DNA from: Nitrososphaera viennensis EN76
GTDB taxonomy: Archaea > Thermoproteota > Nitrososphaeria > Nitrososphaerales > Nitrososphaeraceae
Assembly: GCF_000698785.1 (NCBI RefSeq)
Contig: NZ_CP007536.1
Coordinates: 1,980,001-2,012,000 of the forward strand
Direction: 5' to 3'
DNA length: 32,000 bases
Below the pieces are notes generated by a model, which made no database searches, had not been told where the DNA came from, and was given only the letters and a program-made list of their open reading frames with translations. Of this stretch, positions 15,851-24,645 are shown in pieces; positions within the stretch are counted from its first letter, which is position 1, and every line of letters begins with the position of its first letter. The translations under genes and the position numbers were made by a program.

Positions 15851-16297
15851 ATGGAAATTGACCCGGTAGCTAGAGAATTTATAGAAAGAGCAAGGATTGC
15901 AATCCTCGCAACAGCCGATTCTGAATCGAAACCCCATTTAGTGCCCGTAGTATTTGTGTTTGATGGCAGCCGTTTCTTTATACCAATAGACGAGAAAAGG
16001 AAGACGATCAAGCCTGAGAAATTAAAAAGGGTAACGAATATACGCGAAAATCCTAACGTTGCCCTGCTCGTTCATGAATATAGTGAAGATTGGACAAAAT
16101 TGGCATTTGTAATGGTACAAGGAAAAGCCTCGATAGAAAATAACAAGTCACAAGAAGAAGAAAAAAGCGTATGGTTGCGAGAAGCTTGCAAAAAATTGAT
16201 TGTAAAGTATCCTCAATATCAGAAAACAGGGCTGGGCTACCTGTGCATCATAATAAAGCCGGAAAAAGTATCGTCGTGGCAAAATTCGCCAAGTTGA
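15851..16297 (+). CDS. Pyridoxamine 5'-phosphate oxidase-family, probable F420-dependent enzyme
   Basis: AREFIERARIAILATADSESKPHLVPVVFVFDGSRFFIPIDEK...NIRENPNVALLV is typical of the PPOX-class split-barrel family. Confidence 0.75.
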   Translation: MEIDPVAREFIERARIAILATADSESKPHLVPVVFVFDGSRFFIPIDEKRKTIKPEKLKRVTNIRENPNVALLVHEYSEDWTKLAFVMVQGKASIENNKSQEEEKSVWLREACKKLIVKYPQYQKTGLGYLCIIIKPEKVSSWQNSPS

Positions 16298-16371
16298 AAA
16301 ACACATACATACATAATTCATTTTTTGTTTCTGATGGTGATGATGATGCAAGCTTCTTGTGTAGTAGTTTT

Positions 16372-17322
16372 TCATCTGGCAAATCTGGCAAGCTGCTTTG
16401 TTAGCTCTACCATTTTCTTCACATCCTTGCCTATTGGGGAAAACGCGTGACTAAATATTATGTGGTCGACTCCCTCTATCGCCTTCAGTCTGTCTATGTC
16501 GCTTCCAATTTGATCAATGGTGCCACTCATAGGCAATCTCTGTTGTTGCTGCTGCCCCGGTGATGAGCTTGGGCCGGATTCTATCACATTTGGATATGTG
16601 AGCACAACCGCACTGATCTTTGACGGGTCCTTGTTTGCCTTTCTTGCACCTTCCCTTAGACCATTCATGGCCTGTTCAATCTGATCCAGCGGTCCAAACC
16701 CTGCAATAGGCATCCAGGCATCTCCATATTTTATTACCCTCGAGAACGTGTTTGGGCTGAATCCGCCAAGCACTATCCTGGGATGCGGCTTTTGCAAAGG
16801 CTTGGGACCTATTTTTGATGCTGGTACGTTGTAGAATTTACCCTTGAACTGAACTACTTCCTCGGTCCATGCTTGTTTTAATAGCTGCAAGAATTCGTCT
16901 GCCCTCTCCCCTCTATGCTTGAAAGGCACACCTGATACGTCATACTCGTCTTTCGACCAGCCAAGGCCAAAGCCCGCAATAGCTCGACCGCCCGACAAGA
17001 TATCAAGCGTGGCAAATCTTCTTGCGAGCACTACAGGGTTGTGAAACAGCATGTCAATTATAGAAGTCCCTAGAGAAATTCGCTCCGTATTGCCTGCCAA
17101 GTAGGTTAGTGTTTCCAGAGGGTCAAGTACATTCTGGTATTGAGCTGGAAGAGAGCCATCAGGTGTTGCGACATATGGTGTCTGGGGCTTTAGCGGCCAC
17201 AGGAGGCGTTCCAATGCCCAGACTGAATCGAGACCTTCCTTTTCAGCCTCCTTTGCAGTATACAGGACGTTTTCTCTTGTAACATTCTCTCCAAGGTGTG
17301 GCAACATTATTCCAGCTTTCAT
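16372..17322 (-). CDS. Luciferase-like monooxygenase (LLM) class F420-dependent oxidoreductase
   Basis: MKAGIMLPHLG...AKEAEKEGLDSVWALERL...LGTSIIDMLFHNPVVLARRFATLDILSGGRAIAGFGLGW matches the LLM family TIM-barrel pattern. Confidence 0.8.
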   Translation of the reverse strand: MKAGIMLPHLGENVTRENVLYTAKEAEKEGLDSVWALERLLWPLKPQTPYVATPDGSLPAQYQNVLDPLETLTYLAGNTERISLGTSIIDMLFHNPVVLARRFATLDILSGGRAIAGFGLGWSKDEYDVSGVPFKHRGERADEFLQLLKQAWTEEVVQFKGKFYNVPASKIGPKPLQKPHPRIVLGGFSPNTFSRVIKYGDAWMPIAGFGPLDQIEQAMNGLREGARKANKDPSKISAVVLTYPNVIESGPSSSPGQQQQQRLPMSGTIDQIGSDIDRLKAIEGVDHIIFSHAFSPIGKDVKKMVELTKQLARFAR

Positions 17323-17418
17323 ATTGCTTACTCAAGGAAGGTACACTGGTACATACTATTAAAAGAGTTTCAAAAATCCTCTCCGGGTAATATATGATGA
17401 TGACGGCGGAGCTAAAGG

Positions 17419-18435
17419 TTATCGCTTGATTCCCTCAATTACTCCTATTGTTTTTGACTGGGGATAATGCGTCTGCACGTATTGCAGCCCTGCTTTCTCT
17501 AGCAATACTGCATATTCCTTTTCTGTTCTCTCTCTTCCAGTGAGGGCGCACATCATGTGTATATCAAATAGTTTTGAGAAATGAGGAATTTCCGGACCCG
17601 GCACTACATGCTCGACTACAAGAATTCGTCCGCCAGCAGGAGATGCTCTTTGAATGTTTGATAAAATCTTGACACATTCCTCGTCGTTCCAATCGTGCAG
17701 AATCATTTTCATGATATACGCATCTGAGCTTGGAACCTCTTGGAACATGTCGCCAGCAAGATATTTGCATCGATCTGCCATTCCCATCTTTTCTGCCCAT
17801 AGCAGCTCCTTATTCTTGATAGTAGATTCCAATTCAAGCACAGTGCCTTGAAGCTGCGGATGTTTCTGAAGGATATTGCAAATAAGATGCCCATGCCCTC
17901 CGCCAATGTCGCACAAGCGTCGGATGTTTGAAAAGTCGTAGCTCTTGAGAGCTTCGAGTACCAATTTGGTATGCGTGGCAGAGTAACTGCTCATGGCATA
18001 GTTGAAGACTTCCGCATAAGCAGGATTCTGCGGGATATAGTCAAATATCCTGAGGCCAAACTCGCGAATGAATCCATCTTGTTTGCCATCCCTGACCATA
18101 TCCACAAGATGTTTCCAGATGGAATAGTGCTCTGGACCTTCCTCCAGCAAAATCACTCCCCTTAATGTTTGTGGATGGTCTTTGCGAACTAATTCTCCTA
18201 AAGGCGTGATTGAAAAGCTCTGACCATCTTTTTCATTCAAGAATCCAATAGAAGCAAGAGCCCTTAAGAGTCGATAAGATAATGAAGCATCAAGACCCAA
18301 TTCTCTAGCAATTTCAGAGGCATGCTTTGGAACTGTGCCTAGAGATTCAAAGATTCCTAATTTTACACCAGTGTATAATATTTGACTTCTCCATCTGCCT
18401 AGTATCGTATCAATAACTTTTTCATAGTCGGACAT
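17419..18435 (-). CDS. SAM-dependent O-methyltransferase (family 2, with N-terminal winged-helix dimerisation domain)
   Basis: The SAM motif LCDIGGGHGHL is followed by GDMF and ILHDW motifs. The overall layout resembles plant/bacterial small-molecule OMTs. Confidence 0.8.
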   Translation of the reverse strand: MSDYEKVIDTILGRWRSQILYTGVKLGIFESLGTVPKHASEIARELGLDASLSYRLLRALASIGFLNEKDGQSFSITPLGELVRKDHPQTLRGVILLEEGPEHYSIWKHLVDMVRDGKQDGFIREFGLRIFDYIPQNPAYAEVFNYAMSSYSATHTKLVLEALKSYDFSNIRRLCDIGGGHGHLICNILQKHPQLQGTVLELESTIKNKELLWAEKMGMADRCKYLAGDMFQEVPSSDAYIMKMILHDWNDEECVKILSNIQRASPAGGRILVVEHVVPGPEIPHFSKLFDIHMMCALTGRERTEKEYAVLLEKAGLQYVQTHYPQSKTIGVIEGIKR

Positions 18436-18665
18436 AAGCCGGGCACGTAGTCGTGGATATTAAGACGTTAGCCTAGTTGTTGGACAAGAATTCGAATTTA
18501 CCTGTTAGTTTGGGAAAGCGGGCTCGGGCACCAACTTTTGAATGGCTTTTGGCGCCAGTTTTGTCATTTCTGACTGAATTGTAATTCTGATAGGTATTCA
18601 AAGTACAAAACTGAATAGATATTCAAATTAATGCATTTAGTCGAGCTTCTGGTGTAATCGTGGCT

Positions 18666-18776
18666 TGCCATCAAATCGTCATTACTGATTGAGAATAGTG
18701 GAATATACATATTAGCAGACAGCACTAACATGCAAACATGCCATCAAATCGTCATTACTGATTGAGAATAGTGGAA
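18666..18776. repeat. Two perfect 38-bp direct repeats separated by a unique 35-bp spacer
   Basis: TGCCATCAAATCGTCATTACTGATTGAGAATAGTGGAA occurs at 18666-18703 and again at 18739-18776. Flanks and spacer are unrelated, so this is not a simple tandem duplication. Confidence 0.9.
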
Positions 18777-18787
18777 GTAACTTGGAA

Positions 18788-19105
18788 TCAAGATTTGTCT
18801 TTTTGCCGAGCTTTGTTTGTCAGGAATTCGACGAGTGGCCTAAGTTGGGTTTCAATTGTGTCGTCATATCTTTTCACAATATGCTGCTTTCCATTTTGCA
18901 CAGTAATTTCATAGTTGAAGGGATCCGCTAGCGTACTGGCCTTCGATTCAGAAGGTAGAGCGAAAAATGACGCCTTCTCAATCAAGTTTGTAACTACTCT
19001 TATTTCCAGCCTTGACATCTCTTTTGTATCCAAAACGACACGGATATGGAATCCTCCAATTCCTCCACTACGCTCGAAAGAGATCTTCATATTCCGGGAT
19101 GTCAT
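18788..19105 (-). CDS. Emfourin-like (protealysin-inhibitor family) small protein; likely metalloprotease inhibitor or immunity partner
   Basis: MKISFERSGGIGGFHIRVVLDT...FFALP...FNYEITVQNGKQH... matches my memory of the emfourin family pattern (MKI.FERSGGFAG ... Y.I.V). The probable true start is the ATG at 19090. The gene is divergent from the metallopeptidase gene. Confidence 0.6.
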   Translation of the reverse strand: MTSRNMKISFERSGGIGGFHIRVVLDTKEMSRLEIRVVTNLIEKASFFALPSESKASTLADPFNYEITVQNGKQHIVKRYDDTIETQLRPLVEFLTNKARQKDKS

Positions 19106-19203
19106 GCCCGTCTTTATTAAGATATTTGTAGAACCTTAAATAAAAGTCAAAATATTATTAATGTCTGAGGCTCAAAGATGCATATCTCTCGGGAAGTGCC
19201 AGA

Positions 19204-20718
19204 ATGGTTCTAACTAGCACAAAACCGATGTACTTGGAACGTAATACTGACCTTGGAAAATTCTCACATGGAAATTTTGACTTCAATTTTGACCCAAACG
19301 AACCTTCAGTGACAATTGTAGTTAGAGTAAAATACAAGCTACAAAAAGGAATCAGTTCCGAAGAAGCAGCTCGATTCAAGGAAAGGTTACAGAAGGCGGT
19401 TAACGAATTCGCACATAATAGGGCTGAACTTATTCCTAAAGATCGCAACGGGCCAAGAATACCCATTCGAGTAATCCTTCAGGAAAACAATTCAAGTTAT
19501 CACAAGGTTGTTGACTTGGAGAAAGTTAGAAAATGGCCTTTTGAAAGACCATGGGTTGGAAAAGACATGAATTTTGGTCTCAATAACGGTATAGTTACAT
19601 TGGCTCATGAATTCTATCATGTTCTTGGAAACTATGACGAATACGATGGAGGAGTACTTGAAAATTCTGGCTGGTGGCACGATAATCGTTATTTTAGTGA
19701 CCAAAGAAAATCGCTGATGGGTAACGGAACAGAACTCCGGGAGCGTTATTTTGACCATATCGCACGAAAGGTCTCTAATTTGACAGGAAGAGAATATCTT
19801 CCAGCCTTGGTCCAACCGAGTTCAAATACCTCAAATTACTCTCAGCCGGTACGTGCTAGAGCTATTGACACGCATCCTAAAATTAGGACACATTTGAAAT
19901 TCGGAGATCGGGGCAATGACGTGGTTAACCTGCAAAAATCGCTAAACAGTTATTTTGATTCTGGTTTAAAAGTGGACGGGATCTTTGGTCCAAAGACAAG
20001 ATCGGCAATAAGAAGACTTCAGCATCAATTTGGATTAAAAGAAGACGGGATTGTCGGTCCCCGAACTCTTGGGGTTTTTGGAAAGAAGGCGACCCTAATT
20101 GAAAGTGGTATGAAGGGCAATACCGTCCGCGACATACAAAAAACTCTCAACACTCGTTTCGGTGCCGGTTTAAAAGTGGACGGTATCTTTGGTCCAAAGA
20201 CAAAAAGTGCTGTTCAAAAGATTCAACGGCTTTACGGTCTAAAAGCAAACGGGATTTTCAATTACAATACTAATCTCGCCATCGCAAAAGAACCTTCAAT
20301 AATCAAGAGTGGAATGCGAGGATCGTACGTCCGTGATGTTCAACAAAGGCTTAATGCAAGCATGGGATTTGGTCTAAAGGAAGATTCAATATTTGGTGCC
20401 AAGACGCGAGAATCCGTTAGATCTGTTCAGCGATTGTACGGACTAAAACAAGATGGAATCTTTGGTCCAAAGACAAAAACTGCTATGAATAGCCATGTTC
20501 CTCAGACGATGCGCAGCGGATTGAAAGGAGGTTCCGTAAAAGAACTTCAAGGCCTGTTAAATAGAAAAGGCTATTCACTCGCAGTCGATGGTATTTTTGG
20601 AACAAAAACAAAAAATGCAGTGATGGATTTTCAGAGAAAAAACGGTCTTATTGCTGATGGCATAGTTGGCCCTAAAACCTGGAAAATTATGCTAAGTGGC
20701 AACAGAGTCCGCCAGTAG
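19204..20718 (+). CDS. HExxH zinc-metallopeptidase-like N-terminal domain fused to four PG_binding_1 (peptidoglycan-binding) repeats
   Basis: HEFYHVLGNYDEYD lies at nt 19606-19647 and has HExxHxxGxxD spacing. Four ~68-aa repeats of the G..V..LQ..LN......DGIFGPKT..AV...Q...GL..DGIVGP.T type occupy aa 231-497. No signal peptide is visible. Confidence 0.8.
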   Translation: MVLTSTKPMYLERNTDLGKFSHGNFDFNFDPNEPSVTIVVRVKYKLQKGISSEEAARFKERLQKAVNEFAHNRAELIPKDRNGPRIPIRVILQENNSSYHKVVDLEKVRKWPFERPWVGKDMNFGLNNGIVTLAHEFYHVLGNYDEYDGGVLENSGWWHDNRYFSDQRKSLMGNGTELRERYFDHIARKVSNLTGREYLPALVQPSSNTSNYSQPVRARAIDTHPKIRTHLKFGDRGNDVVNLQKSLNSYFDSGLKVDGIFGPKTRSAIRRLQHQFGLKEDGIVGPRTLGVFGKKATLIESGMKGNTVRDIQKTLNTRFGAGLKVDGIFGPKTKSAVQKIQRLYGLKANGIFNYNTNLAIAKEPSIIKSGMRGSYVRDVQQRLNASMGFGLKEDSIFGAKTRESVRSVQRLYGLKQDGIFGPKTKTAMNSHVPQTMRSGLKGGSVKELQGLLNRKGYSLAVDGIFGTKTKNAVMDFQRKNGLIADGIVGPKTWKIMLSGNRVRQ

Positions 20719-21020
20719 TATTACGGTATGATGAAAGTTCAAATTCGTAGTAAGATGAGTAAATCCGACAATATCATCTATTGGTTGAATATACGGCCAG
20801 TATGGAATTGATCACAAGCTGGTCTCTACTCGAGAGGTAGTAAGATCCGTTTCTTCAGATAAAATAATGCTACATCATCATCGATGTTCGACAAATCCAG
20901 TACTGCAATTCAAAATTACGTTATGTTGATTATCATATTATGTTGGAAGTAAAAATCGCATTCGTAACGCCTGTTGATTATCAAGATATCGTTCATTGCA
21001 TCTTGTTCTGTTTACCCCTA

Positions 21021-21965
21021 TCAAATCTCCAGCGAGATAAAAACAGCACAATGATCTGATGCCCCTTCTGCTCCTTTAACCTGTTGGAATCTATCTCCTT
21101 TAAAATAATCGATATCTGTACCTAAACCTCTTCTCTCAATATACGGCTCTGCAGTACGATTCTTTTCGCAAAGATCCGGTGAAACAAGAAGATAATCAAG
21201 CTGCTCCGCTACCTTTCCTTTCTTGTAATAGTGAGTCCAATGTTCATTCTTTGGCAATCGCTGCTTAACCACATTTTCAAGCCCATGAAGACCTAATAGG
21301 GACTGCAGATCTGGCGAATCGTAGTGATCATTAAAGTCCCCCGCGACGATAAAGTTCCCGGAAAGGCCTTCTCCGAACCTATCCTTGAGGATTTCTGCCA
21401 CACGTTCGGATTGTCTCTTGCGCTTATCTGCTCCTCCTCCTATCTTTGATTTAAAATGGTTTATCAAAATTGTGAGCATCTTGCCTTTCGAAATACCAAG
21501 ATCAACCTCCAAACAATCGCGAGAGAAAGTCCTCTGCCAGGGAGTGCTGCCCTGCGGCTCAAAACGATGAGTACGTATATTGAGTAGAGGATACTTTGAA
21601 AGAATTCCAACGTCAATTTGTCGCATATCATTACCATCGATTACCATCGCGTAAGGATAAAGGTTGTCTAGCCATTCCCTATTGAAGGCGAGAAGGGCAA
21701 ACAAATTTTCAACTTCTTGGATGGCAAGTATATCGGGATGGTTTTCCAAAATTACTGCGGCTGTTGCACGCCGAGCGCTCTTGCTTATTGGTCCAAAATC
21801 GTCTATAGACCATCCAAGCATATTGATGTGGCCTCCCTCTTCAACAAACTTCTCCGGGTCAATGGGTTTTTTCTTTGCAGGACTGCCGCGCTCATAGTCT
21901 AGCAATTTGTAACGATTGAATAGATTTTCTACGTTAAACGTTCCAATCTTTACCTTAGTTGTCAT
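21021..21965 (-). CDS. Endonuclease/exonuclease/phosphatase (EEP) family protein
   Basis: IGTFNVENLF, ILAIQEVE, INHFKS, VAGDFND and SDHCAV motifs appear in EEP order (Asn, Glu, Asp, Asn, Asp, His). Confidence 0.8.
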   Translation of the reverse strand: MTTKVKIGTFNVENLFNRYKLLDYERGSPAKKKPIDPEKFVEEGGHINMLGWSIDDFGPISKSARRATAAVILENHPDILAIQEVENLFALLAFNREWLDNLYPYAMVIDGNDMRQIDVGILSKYPLLNIRTHRFEPQGSTPWQRTFSRDCLEVDLGISKGKMLTILINHFKSKIGGGADKRKRQSERVAEILKDRFGEGLSGNFIVAGDFNDHYDSPDLQSLLGLHGLENVVKQRLPKNEHWTHYYKKGKVAEQLDYLLVSPDLCEKNRTAEPYIERRGLGTDIDYFKGDRFQQVKGAEGASDHCAVFISLEI

Positions 21966-22545
21966 CTTCCATTCTAGCCTGATTCATTTTTCGCCTCCTT
22001 GCGATAGGACTGCAATCTTTAATACTTTTTCCTTCTTTTGTAAAAAATTAAAAAATTTGACCTAAGTTCTCATTATAATATAGAAATATCAATATTTTCA
22101 ATTATATTTTGGAACTGCCAATTGGCGACGATTAGCTGTTGGGAATGATTATGCCACTGCCAGAGTGACATCTATCTCCTCCAAATTTAGCAGACCTCAG
22201 TTGATGGCAAAAAGAGAAGTAGATAATGGCAATATGAATGGTGCCGCGATGGAGAAAAACTAGGACTGGTGAAACCTCTCTGAGTAACAGTGATGCACTC
22301 GATCGCTTAAAAGATCCAAAATGGACTTCTGTCCATATGGGTGCAATCTCAGTTCCTATGCAGACAATGAGCAGTATGCTAATGTTAATGCAACTAAAGT
22401 TATTGATGATCTATCTTTTCTTGTCAATGCAGGAGGATGCAGTAATATGCCGCAAAATATCCGAAAGTTTCTGAGCTCGACTTGTCCCTGAGTATTGCAG
22501 GATGTGTTCTCAAGCTTTTTATCATTGGGTTTGCCCTGTGAATGC

Positions 22546-22833
22546 ATGCCATTGGAGAATAAAGAGATTCTTCAGGCTGATGCTACTGTCATTGTAGGCG
22601 TGATGGTTTTACTTGCTTTGGGCAATCTTGATGCAACTGATTATGGTTCTAGGGCAATAACATCAATTCTTTTCATAGCTGTATCTGGCATAATTGTACC
22701 ATTTTCAGTTTCTGCAATCTTGGCAACCACTGAACATCCGGTAGCAGCTAAACGCTGGATGATAGTCGGCTTCATAATTCTGGTCCTCGTATTCTTGTGG
22801 TATACTCTTGCAGCTTTCTACAGTGTTCGTTGA
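22546..22833 (+). CDS. Small integral membrane protein (three predicted TM helices), hypothetical
   Basis: The hydrophobic segments are VIVGVMVLLALG, ITSILFIAVSGIIVPFSVSAIL and WMIVGFIILVLVFLWYTLAAF. The ATG at 22546 is preferred over the TTG at 22495. Confidence 0.5.
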   Translation: MPLENKEILQADATVIVGVMVLLALGNLDATDYGSRAITSILFIAVSGIIVPFSVSAILATTEHPVAAKRWMIVGFIILVLVFLWYTLAAFYSVR

Positions 22834-23134
22834 ACCTTACCTTGAAATAATTTCAGGAAATGGATTACTATGAAAATATGGGGGACACCTAGACAATAGA
22901 AATCTTTGCGGATCCGTCATTACTCAAGCCTTTTATTGTAAACCTTATACAACATGAAATTAGTTCTTTTATCCTCTTGCGCGGCAGTGTAATAGCTGAT
23001 ATTGCTCACGGCAAACACCGCTGCAGAGAATTATGCACAGCCGTGCTCAAATTATGCAATTATGCACGCTCAAAAAACAGCCCTATGCACCGTGTTTCGA
23101 CCGATTTTTATATTCGTAAAGCGATCAAAATATC

Positions 23135-23416
23135 GTGCGCGAGGGCGAGCAGAAACAACAACTGCTAAAGTCAATCTCGGTTCTTGTGCCGCTTGAAAGG
23201 GTGGAGGCAAGCCTATCCGAGATCGGCTTTCTCTTGCAGGATTCTGCAACCGTTGTAGCCGACGGCAAGTTCTGGAAGCGCATGCTGTACGTGCGCGGCG
23301 GCGAGACGATAAGCGTCTCCGAGGAGATTGGCGACGCGTACCCAAAGGACCCGATTATCACTATCTGCGGTTCCAAGAGCACGATAACGCACGTTGTCAA
23401 GGGCGTGGGCGGCTAG
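23135..23416 (+). CDS. Hypothetical protein (93 aa), first gene of a two-gene unit
   Basis: A GTG start lies about 27 bp downstream of a TTTTTATATT box (23105-23114), which is leaderless geometry. The gene is GC-rich with coding-like composition. No family was recognised. Confidence 0.5.
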   Translation: MREGEQKQQLLKSISVLVPLERVEASLSEIGFLLQDSATVVADGKFWKRMLYVRGGETISVSEEIGDAYPKDPIITICGSKSTITHVVKGVGG

Positions 23417-23419
23417 ATA

Positions 23420-23971
23420 ATGCCACTGTACGAATGCAACGAGCACCAGTTTGTAGAAAACCTCCGGCGCCTGCTTGAGGCCGGCGAAAAGTTTGTCGTA
23501 AACCGCAGGACGACGATGCACGACGACGCCAAGTACGGGCCGGCGACGCTGCCGGAGGAAGAGTTTGCCCGGTACGAGACGCTGTGCACCAGAAAAGCGG
23601 TCAACTCGACAGTCTATGCAAAGGTGCCGTTTGTCGACGCGTACCACGGCGGCCGCATGCACGACGCCGAGGAGAACCTGCACTCGTCTACCACGTTAAA
23701 GTTCCCGAGGATGTCGATACCCTACTACCGCATAGAGTATTCCGTAAACGTGTGGGGCGGCACGTACTTTTTCGCGTTTGACGCGCTATTCGACCCTGAA
23801 ATAGTGATTGAAAAGAGGAGCGGAAGAAGGCTCGGCAAGGGCGCACTGGTGCACGTGCTGCGGTACAGCCCGCCCAGGGAGCAGGTGCTTTCGATAAACC
23901 TTCCAAAGGGGGTCGTGGTGCTAGACGTCAAGCACATGGTGCGCGTGATTGACCACACGTCGAATTTCTAG
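23420..23971 (+). CDS. Hypothetical protein (183 aa)
   Basis: It starts 3 nt after the upstream stop and has protein-like composition. No motif was recognised. Confidence 0.6.
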   Translation: MPLYECNEHQFVENLRRLLEAGEKFVVNRRTTMHDDAKYGPATLPEEEFARYETLCTRKAVNSTVYAKVPFVDAYHGGRMHDAEENLHSSTTLKFPRMSIPYYRIEYSVNVWGGTYFFAFDALFDPEIVIEKRSGRRLGKGALVHVLRYSPPREQVLSINLPKGVVVLDVKHMVRVIDHTSNF

Positions 23972-24562
23972 TCAGTGCGATTTCAGCCACGCAAAAAAAG
24001 CCTCCAGCGAACTGGCAAAGGGGAGCGCCTTGGCATTTTTTGCGTTGTAGCCGAGCAGTATCATCCTCGACTCCAGCCTGTCCTGCAGCGACGGCGGCAG
24101 CTGGTATTTTTTCAACGGGCCGAAAATCTCGAAATAAAACTCTTGTTTGTAAAATGCGACGTGCTGCGCAAAGCAGTCTGACAGTATCGTCGGGTCGCCG
24201 GCCACGCGCTCGTTGATCTCCTCTTGCCTTAGCCCGCGGCTGTCAACAGCTATCTGCAGCATGCGCTTTGTATAGTTCTCGCGAGTGAACGCGGGGTCGA
24301 GTCTGTTTGGCATCGACGCGTACATCCGTATGTCTCTTGCAGCCTGCTCTACCGTCCTTTTTGCAAGGTCCCTTGCCTCTCCTATCTCAGAGTCGCCGTG
24401 CACGCCGTGGTCCTTGCCAAAAATGAAAAACGCGCCGATTGTCTCTTCGCGCTTTATGTACGGAAAGTCGGCCTGCCCTGCGATAAAGCGAGTTATCCTT
24501 GCCGGGATGTCGGCAGGCAAAAAGAGGCCCATGTACGAGTCAGAGAGGACGGGCAACGACAA
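23972..24562 (-). CDS. Hypothetical protein (196 aa)
   Basis: It converges on the previous gene with stop codons abutting (TAG 23969-23971 next to TCA 23972-23974). No motif was recognised. Confidence 0.6.
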   Translation of the reverse strand: MSLPVLSDSYMGLFLPADIPARITRFIAGQADFPYIKREETIGAFFIFGKDHGVHGDSEIGEARDLAKRTVEQAARDIRMYASMPNRLDPAFTRENYTKRMLQIAVDSRGLRQEEINERVAGDPTILSDCFAQHVAFYKQEFYFEIFGPLKKYQLPPSLQDRLESRMILLGYNAKNAKALPFASSLEAFFAWLKSH

Positions 24563-24645
24563 CCGGAATAACGCGCATAGCGTGATTTATTCTTAAAGAA
24601 ATGAAATGAGATGAAAAGAAAGGAAAAAGGAAAAGGCTTTTGCCT

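Noticed and set aside
15665-15937. 90-aa minus-strand ORF
   Set aside because: It overlaps both the 48-aa zinc-ribbon ORF and the start of the PPOX-family gene. No motif is present and it looks like an antisense artefact.
19961-20490. Near-identical ~39-bp DNA segments (GGTTTAAAAGTGGACGG.ATCTTTGGTCCAAAGACAA at 19963-20000 and 20167-20204, with a partial copy near 20455) that could be mistaken for a repeat array
   Set aside because: They are in frame inside one ORF and recur with the ~68-codon period of the PG_binding_1 domain repeats. This is intragenic domain duplication, not CRISPR or satellite DNA.
22321-22491. 56-aa Cys-containing ORF (MDFCPYGCNLSSYADNEQYANVNATKVIDDLSFLVNAGGCSNMPQNIRKFLSSTCP), overlapping tracked ORF 22238-22474 in another frame
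   Set aside because: Two mutually exclusive frames are present, neither with a recognisable motif, signal peptide or convincing promoter spacing. The evidence is insufficient to call either one.
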